Shown here: positions 56,982-64,000 of the stretch, piece by piece | Layout: the number at the start of each line of letters is the position of its first letter | Position numbering within the stretch: the first letter of the stretch is position 1 | Source of the DNA: Histomonas meleagridis 2922-C6/04-290x | Taxonomy: Eukaryota > Protista > Parabasalia | Reading direction: 5' to 3' | Assembly (NCBI GenBank): GCA_020184695.1 | Contig: JAANOX010000230.1 | Coordinates: 62,001 to 126,000, forward strand | DNA length: 64,000 nt | Made by a program: the position numbers and the translations under genes | The notes under the pieces: model-generated | Database searches by the model: none | Told to the model about the DNA's origin: nothing | Seen by the model: only the letters and a program-made list of their open reading frames with translations

Positions 56982-57134
56982 TAAGTTCCCTAAAATTATT
57001 TTTTAGGTACCTGGCACTTTTTGTAATTCCACTTTTTCTATATGGGCAAGTTTTCGGACATGTGATATGAAAAATGGATAATTACGATCAAAATGAATTG
57101 AATTTTGAAAATAAAGTATTCAATTCCAAAAATC

Positions 57135-57256
57135 AGGAGACCGTTAATGGACAAATTTATATTTTTCGCTAGGTAATAAGATTATGTCTGGAGGTACCAG
57201 TTAACGTCCTCCACAAGATAAGGACCTAGCGAAAAATTTTTATTCATAAACGTCCT
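57135..57256. other. Nested inverted-repeat structure downstream of rep (candidate origin or miniature element)
   Basis: Perfect 14-bp IR ATTTTTCGCTAGGT (57161-57174) / ACCTAGCGAAAAAT (57224-57237); inner TGGAGG / CCTCCA stem around CAGTTAAC; degenerate outer arms. Confidence 0.75.
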
Positions 57257-58284
57257 AAAATAACGGCATTTTGAATAGTAAAATTTAAATTTAACCCCCA
57301 CCCCTAGTACACTTTATACTGATCACCTGTCTACGCCCTTTTATAAAAAAAGTGCTCCGCGGAGTCGGGCTACGGCAGGTTTGTGATAAATGCACTCATT
57401 CGCCATTAGTACGTTTTTGCCTAAGTTGCTTTTCCAACCAAGGAAATACAGTTCCCAAATATCGAACAAACATTCTATGCCAAAAAATATGTTGAAACGA
57501 TATAATAGAAAAAGTCAAATGATAAACCGCTCCATATTGTCAAACACAAGTTTTTATATCCTCACGACGATATCGTCTCAACCGTTTTTGAGTTTACTAT
57601 ATAAAATGTGTTTATATTCTAATCATTTATTTTTTACGTAAGCTGAAGTAAAATACTACAAAATTAAAGAAGTTATGCTTAACATTGTTGAATAAATCTC
57701 ATAATATACAAGACAAAATTAATACAAAGAGAATAACAAGAAAATTACAAATAAAATTGATTTTTATAATTTTTTTTTCACAAAGGAAAACTTTACAATA
57801 GAAATTGTACAACGTTTTCTAAAGCATTAAACGAGTTATATGTTATTAAATTTTAACTTTTATAAAATTGTGATGGATCTCATTGATTTCTTTTTCTGGC
57901 AGATGATGTAACTTATTAAGTTATTATTAAATAAGGAACGTCTTTAGAACGCTTGAAGATATCGAATAAATTACATTATAACTGATATTATAAAAAAATA
58001 AATTTATCCAGTGTCACGTTGTCAGGAAATATTTTGGTTGACATTTTATACAAGTCACTTTACAACAAAATTTTTACATGTACTTCCATGAGTATATTTA
58101 TTCAAAAGTAAAATATTACAATGTATTTTGTGACTTTGATGATTTTCATAAGTTTGTGCGCTTATATTAACTTTTGTTTTGATATTTTCATTTTTATTGT
58201 CTTCTTTATACACTTGAAATTCGAGTCAGTTTTGTTCATTTGTAAAGCTATTTTCAGTGTTTATCGAAGGCCAAGAAGTAGCAT

Positions 58285-58752
58285 TCAGAGAAGAAGATGA
58301 GAGTTTTCTTTTGCACCTTTTTCAAGAAGTAGATTTTTTATAATGGTATAACCATTTTGATGTGCAATTTGAATTGCTGTCAAATATTATTAAAACATAT
58401 ACCAAATCATTAAAATATAAAAGTTTTTACATTAACATCAATTCCTTCTTTATCTAAAAGTAATTTTACTATTTCTGTGTTTTTAATTCTAACTGCTATA
58501 TGAAATGCTGTTTCAAATTATTAAAACATATTCCAAATTATTCAAATGAATATTTTTTGCATTAACATCAATTCCTTTTTGTTCTAAAACATATTTTACA
58601 AGTTCAATATTTCCTGATTCTGAAGCAAATAATAAAATATCTTTCGGAATTTGATTATTTTTTAGGAAATGTATTGCGAGATATAAATTTCCAAAATCCT
58701 TGTGTACTGATTCCAGGTGTGTTCTTAAGGTTGTACTCCAAACGGTCGCCAC
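58285..58752 (-). pseudogene. Ankyrin gene fragment with frame-breaking inter-repeat spacers
   Basis: ASESGNIELVKYVLEQKGIDVNAKN, then 40 nt, TAFHIAVRIKNTEIVKLLLDKEGIDVNVKT, then 41 nt, TAIQIAHQNGYTIIKNLLLEKGAKEN. Confidence 0.75.
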
Positions 58753-59101
58753 CGAAAAAATATTGTTGCGTTAATAAATCGATACACATTTATAATTTTA
58801 ATCTGTAAAATAAAAAAAAAACATTTATAATTATTAATGCTTTTTGTTAAATACCAAATTATTTTAATTTCAATTTTTTTATGATAGATAATCGATTTTA
58901 CTTTAAATTAAAAAGTTGAAAAATCTCTCTATTACATTTTTTAGAATTATATGATATATTTAAATTTTTTATTAATTTTGATTTATATATAAATCAGTTA
59001 ATATTGAGTACTATTCATTTTAAAATCAAAAAATCATGAAAATTGATATTGAAATATAATATTAACAAGCGAATAATGTCAGTTTTTGAAATTATAGAAT
59101 A

Positions 59102-59220
59102 GTGCCAATTATGATATTATTCTTAGATTCATATTAATCATAGATGCAACTATATATATATATATATATTCATGTTATCAAGATCGTAGGATGATCGCTA
59201 TATACGAATTGCAGAAATCG
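59102..59220 (-). repeat. Right arm of the ~120-bp inverted repeat (partner at 54784-54903)
   Basis: Reverse complement aligns to 54784-54903. Confidence 0.85.
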
Positions 59221-59925
59221 AAAGTCAATATTACATATATGTTTGAAATATAATATACATAAAATTTTGCCATTTTGAACCTCAAATATTTGTATGTATT
59301 AAGTTGTGGATACTTTGTGAATTCCTAATAATTATATAATGTGTAATATCTTTTGAAATACTTTAAATCAACCAAGAAATACTTTTTATAGATCATCTAT
59401 CATCCGTCTATCGTCACCTATCGGCGTATTGGACAAAAATAAACTATACAAAAGTGAAATATTGTCACTTTTAAAAATGAAAAAATAAATTTTTCTTGGC
59501 TTATTGTATAATATTATTTAGCATTTATAGTAAATCGAATATATTTATCACTTGTTCATTTTATTTTGCCATTATTTCATACGAAAATCATCCAATTAAC
59601 CAAATATTTCCAATGATAATTTAATTATTTGTAACTGGTATAAACTATAGTTTTTCCTATTTCAATCTTTGAAGTACCAATCGAAGAAATAAACCGAGAA
59701 ATCACGAACAAAATGATTATGTTATTAAGAAGTGTAACAAATGAATTTTCATTTTCAACATATTCATTAAAGATTTTAGATGATGAATATAAGAATGGAA
59801 ATGGTATTATGAATTGCCACGCTTTTTTCGATTCACTTTTTGTATGAATAAAATGACCGTTTAAAAAACAGAAAAAGTTTTTTCATGTGGCCGTTTAAAA
59901 TTTTAACGGACAGAAAACTTCGGAA

Positions 59926-62900
59926 ATGGCGGTGCGCAATGAATCCACCGCTCCTCTTAATGTTTTTAATGATGAGATGATAAAGAGGCTTTCCAATTAC
60001 AATGATGGTCAACAGATTGATGCTTTTTGTTTTGATTATTCACCAAAATTAGGGAGAATAATCAGAATGGAACCATTACAAAAATTCAAAAATATCACAG
60101 AATTATCACTAATTGGTCACAATATTGAGAATATTTCGGTTTTAACAAATCTAACATCATTAAAACGTGTTAATCTTTCATGGAATATTTTATCAGCAAA
60201 ATCAATTCTCCCACTTATGAAATTAATATCTTTAGAATACGTGGTTTTAAGCCACAACAATATTCAAGAAATTCCTAAATCAATATCCAATCTCAAAAAT
60301 TTAAGAATTTTCAAAATTAGTGGAAATCCAATTAATAATCTATCACAATTAGCAAGATTAAAATCTAACATCAGTTTATACAGTTTAGAAGGTGAAGGGT
60401 GTCCTCTTTTCAAAGATCAAGATTCTATTTTATATTGTATTTTTACTCTTCCACAATTAACCATTCTTAATCGTAGTCCTATTTCAATAGAATTACGAAG
60501 ACAATCATCAGAACGTTTTGAGCGTGAGCAAATCGAAGAATTAACAAAAATAAGTAACGAACTTGAAACCGAAAAAACCGAATTAATTTCAATGAACACA
60601 AAATTGAATGAAAAATGTTCGTCACAAGAAAAAGAAATAAAAGATTTAAATGATAAATTAAATCCTTTACAAGAGCAACTTAAAGAATTAAATATCAAAA
60701 TTAAAGAACAAGAATTAGTAATTGAACAAAGAAATAAAGAATTAATTCAAGAAAGAAATACTGTTACTGAACTTCGATCACAATTATTTTCTACATCTTC
60801 ATCAGAAGATTTAGCAACGAATAAAACTAATGAAATTACAATAGTTAATGATAAACTTAAAGAAGAAAACGAATTAATGAAAACACAAATCGAAACACTG
60901 AAAATTCAATTGGAAGAAATTTTACAAAATTCAGAGAAATTGAATGAAAACATTCAAATTTTTCAGAGTGATAATACAAAAATTGGCGAAGAAAACGATA
61001 AGTTAAAAGAAAACAACGAAATTCTTCAGCAAAACTCAATAAAAATACAACAAGAAAATCATAAACTACAACAAAAGATTGAAGTTATTGAGCAAATTAA
61101 TCAAAAGTATAAAGAATATAATGAAAATTTAGAAACGAAATTTGAACAAATTAATAATCAAATAACAAAAACTGAAAAGTATAATAATAATAAAATAAAT
61201 GAAATATACCAAAAAAGAATCAAAGATTTAGAAGAACGAAATTTAGGATATCAAACACAAATTGATAAACTTAATTTAGAAATCATAAAAAAAGAACAAA
61301 TTTATGAATCAGCGAAAACAAATTTTAATGATAAACAAATCGAAGAAATAAAAAATAAAAATTTGGAATTAAATGAAAATTTAACGAACAAAGAAAAAAT
61401 CATAAATTCATTAAATTTAGAACTAAATAAATATCACGAAAAGTATAAACAATCGAAAACATATATACAAAAACAAAACAATGAATATCAAACGACACTT
61501 GAAAAAGTCTCGTTTTTACAAAAGGAAATATCGAATAAAGAAAACCAATTAAAGAAATATATAGAACTTGAAAAGGAAAATGCGAATTTAAGAGAACAAA
61601 TTGTTAATTCGATGAATTCGGAAGAGAAAATACAATTAAAAACTAAAATATCACAACTTGAAGAACAAATAATTAATTTAAATGAATCTAATTCAAATTA
61701 CATCAAAATATTACAGAGTAAAAAAGATAAAAATAAATTAATGAAAAATAAATTAAATCAAAGCAAAACAGAAATTGAAAAATTAAAGAATTTAAATAAA
61801 GAAATTTCAAATGAATTAAATAATCAAAAGAAACAAAATGAAATCAATTTAAAACAATTAAAATTACAAATAATCAATGAACAAAATCAAAATGATAATT
61901 TGCAATTTCATAAAGAAAATGATGTTGATTCATTTGTTAGAAGTCAAAATCAAAATTCTGTACAAGAAATAACATTAGAAAATATCATAAAAGAAATAAC
62001 AAAAATTATACAAATTTTTCCACAATTAAATATTGATAATAATTCTTCTTCTGAAGATGAAATTATATCTTTGCTTCATTCTTTTAAAGATAATTATTTA
62101 GAATTATTAAATAAATATCAAAAAAATAATAAAAAATATCAAAAGAGAAAAAATAGTTTTAAACAAACATTGAAAAATGTAATTATCGAACAAGAAAATA
62201 AAAAATCAAAAATTTTGGAGTTGGAATCAAATAATGAAATATTAACTAATAAAATTAAAAACTTGAATTTCGATATCGAAGAAAAAATTAATCAAATTAA
62301 TCAAATGAAAGAAAAAATTTCGTTAAATAAACCTATTTTAATATCAATGAAAAATGAATTAAAAACAATAAAAGAAAAAGTAAATAATTTCCAAAACAAA
62401 GAAAATCAATACAAACAACAAATAAATGAATTACAAAGTAAACTAAAACAAAATGAAAAAGAAATTAACAAATTAAAAGTAAATAATAACCAAAAAGTTA
62501 AAGAAATCCAAAATTTGCAAAAAGATTTAAATGAGTTAAAACAACAAAAAGTCGAAAATGAAAAACTTCAAAATGAAGTTAATGAAAAAGTGAAAGAAAT
62601 TGAAGAAACAAAAAAATTAATTTCACAAAAAGAAAACGAAATTCAAAATCTACAAAAAGATTTAAATGAATTAAAACATCTTAAAAACAAAATCATCGAA
62701 AAAGTTAAAGAAATTGAAGAAATGAAAAATGAAATTTCACAAAAAGAAAAAGAAATTAAAAATTTGCAAAAGGATTTAAATGATTTGAAACAAGAAAAAA
62801 TTGAAAACGAAAAACTTAAAAATGAAATTTATGAAAACAAACAAAAATTTGCCGAACAATTACAAGAATTAACAAATCAAATTTTTATATTACAAAAACA

Positions 62901-63789
62901 AATTTCAGAAAAAGAAAAAGAATTCGAAAATGAAAAACAACATTTAATTAATGAATCAAATAATAATATAACAAAAGAAAAAGAAATTGAAATTTTGGAA
63001 CTTAAAAAACAAAACGAAAATTATTTCGAAAAACTTCAAATTATTTCGAAGCAAATTAAAGAAATATTTAAATCGTCAAATTTGAGAATCAAAAATCTCG
63101 AAGAAAAAGAAAAAGAAGTTAACAAACAGAATCAAATTTTATTAAAAGAAAATCAAATTTTACAAACCAAAATTAAAAATTTAAATGAAAATCAATTAAA
63201 TAAAATCGAAAAAGATGAAACAATCAAAAAATATCAAATCGAAATCAATGAAAAAGAACTAAACAATCAAAAACTTATCGATGAATTATCAAAAGAAAAG
63301 AATGAAAAACATGAACTAAAAGAAAAACTTAAAAATATCTCGAAATCGGCTATTAAAAAAATACAAAAATTACAAAACAAAATCGAAATTTTGACACAAT
63401 CAAAAATTGAAAAAAACGAAATTTCGCCTCAGAAAATTCAATCAACAAAACCGTCGAATCAAACTTTCAAAATATTATCAATTTTGAAAAGATTACACGC
63501 GTCACTTTTGGTTAATTCAATGTATTCTGTGATTGAAGATTTAAATGAAATATTTTCTATTATATCACTTGAACCAATAACAAAACAAAAATTGGTTCGA
63601 ACACATACAAATGGAGTTTTTAATAATATATCAATTATAAAAGATACAATACAAAATCATGAAAATGAAATCGAAGAATTGCTTGAAATGATTTCAACAC
63701 AACATAAAAAAGTTGTTGCACTATCAAATAAGGCTGTGGATTCACTCCTTTATGTACAGAACGCAGAAAGCGAACAAACACATAAATAA
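59926..63789 (+). CDS. SDS22-type LRR plus long coiled-coil protein (centriolin-like architecture)
   Basis: N-terminal LRRs (ITELSLIGHNIENI, LKRVNLSWN, LSHNNIQEI) with cap YCIFTLPQLTILN, then about 1000 aa of coiled coil. Confidence 0.8.
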   Translation: MAVRNESTAPLNVFNDEMIKRLSNYNDGQQIDAFCFDYSPKLGRIIRMEPLQKFKNITELSLIGHNIENISVLTNLTSLKRVNLSWNILSAKSILPLMKLISLEYVVLSHNNIQEIPKSISNLKNLRIFKISGNPINNLSQLARLKSNISLYSLEGEGCPLFKDQDSILYCIFTLPQLTILNRSPISIELRRQSSERFEREQIEELTKISNELETEKTELISMNTKLNEKCSSQEKEIKDLNDKLNPLQEQLKELNIKIKEQELVIEQRNKELIQERNTVTELRSQLFSTSSSEDLATNKTNEITIVNDKLKEENELMKTQIETLKIQLEEILQNSEKLNENIQIFQSDNTKIGEENDKLKENNEILQQNSIKIQQENHKLQQKIEVIEQINQKYKEYNENLETKFEQINNQITKTEKYNNNKINEIYQKRIKDLEERNLGYQTQIDKLNLEIIKKEQIYESAKTNFNDKQIEEIKNKNLELNENLTNKEKIINSLNLELNKYHEKYKQSKTYIQKQNNEYQTTLEKVSFLQKEISNKENQLKKYIELEKENANLREQIVNSMNSEEKIQLKTKISQLEEQIINLNESNSNYIKILQSKKDKNKLMKNKLNQSKTEIEKLKNLNKEISNELNNQKKQNEINLKQLKLQIINEQNQNDNLQFHKENDVDSFVRSQNQNSVQEITLENIIKEITKIIQIFPQLNIDNNSSSEDEIISLLHSFKDNYLELLNKYQKNNKKYQKRKNSFKQTLKNVIIEQENKKSKILELESNNEILTNKIKNLNFDIEEKINQINQMKEKISLNKPILISMKNELKTIKEKVNNFQNKENQYKQQINELQSKLKQNEKEINKLKVNNNQKVKEIQNLQKDLNELKQQKVENEKLQNEVNEKVKEIEETKKLISQKENEIQNLQKDLNELKHLKNKIIEKVKEIEEMKNEISQKEKEIKNLQKDLNDLKQEKIENEKLKNEIYENKQKFAEQLQELTNQIFILQKQISEKEKEFENEKQHLINESNNNITKEKEIEILELKKQNENYFEKLQIISKQIKEIFKSSNLRIKNLEEKEKEVNKQNQILLKENQILQTKIKNLNENQLNKIEKDETIKKYQIEINEKELNNQKLIDELSKEKNEKHELKEKLKNISKSAIKKIQKLQNKIEILTQSKIEKNEISPQKIQSTKPSNQTFKILSILKRLHASLLVNSMYSVIEDLNEIFSIISLEPITKQKLVRTHTNGVFNNISIIKDTIQNHENEIEELLEMISTQHKKVVALSNKAVDSLLYVQNAESEQTHK

Positions 63790-64000
63790 ATTGTTTTTAA
63801 TATGTAATTTATATTGTTTTTGATCAAATATTATATTTAAAGAAAATTTAGTTTTTCAAGATTTTTTAATGTATACTTAATTAGAGGTATCTATCTAATT
63901 AGATATTCAAATAAATTATCTATAGATAAATCAGTCATCGTGATCAAAACATTTTAAATTATGTCTTGATTTAACTAAAGAAGGGTAATCTAAAATATCA

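Larger units (their letters stand above)
55141..57390. mobile_element. Endogenous CRESS-DNA virus element (kirkovirus-like), ambisense cap/ORF and rep
   Basis: Arg-rich capsid N-terminus, accessory ORF, HUH plus SF3 Rep, hairpins and GC-rich tract, embedded in host genes. Ends approximate. Confidence 0.93.

Noticed and set aside
59150-59168. (AT)n microsatellite
   Set aside because: Short, and simply an expansion of the AT-rich middle of the inverted-repeat arm.

Overview
AT-rich, gene-dense, essentially intron-free eukaryotic DNA. The gene content and promoter motifs point to a parabasalid protist (Tritrichomonas/Histomonas/Trichomonas-like): BspA LRR surface protein, DUF3447-type ankyrin genes, NPxY-tailed surface proteins, and Inr/M3/M5-like motifs. 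Most of the window is ordinary host genes (Rab, PP2A-B56, SR protein, SRP14, COMMD2, CAMKK-like kinase, cytosolic carboxypeptidase, RPS3, TBC, DAG kinase, tRNA-Ser). Main highlights: (1) a ~2.2 kb endogenous CRESS-DNA virus, kirkovirus-like, at ~55.1-57.4 kb, with a truncated capsid, an accessory ORF, a decayed HUH/SF3 Rep, parabasalid-type promoter motifs and a nested hairpin, all lying between ~120-bp inverted repeats 4.2 kb apart; (2) ankyrin genes at two loci in which every repeat is interrupted at the same position by a conserved frame-breaking AT-rich spacer without canonical splice signals; (3) three alternately oriented copies of a Bfr1-like gene; (4) a catalytically dead RNase III followed by a 3' hairpin; (5) a surface protein with a module resembling Firmicute cell-surface proteins. 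Family calls come from motif recognition only; no database search was run.
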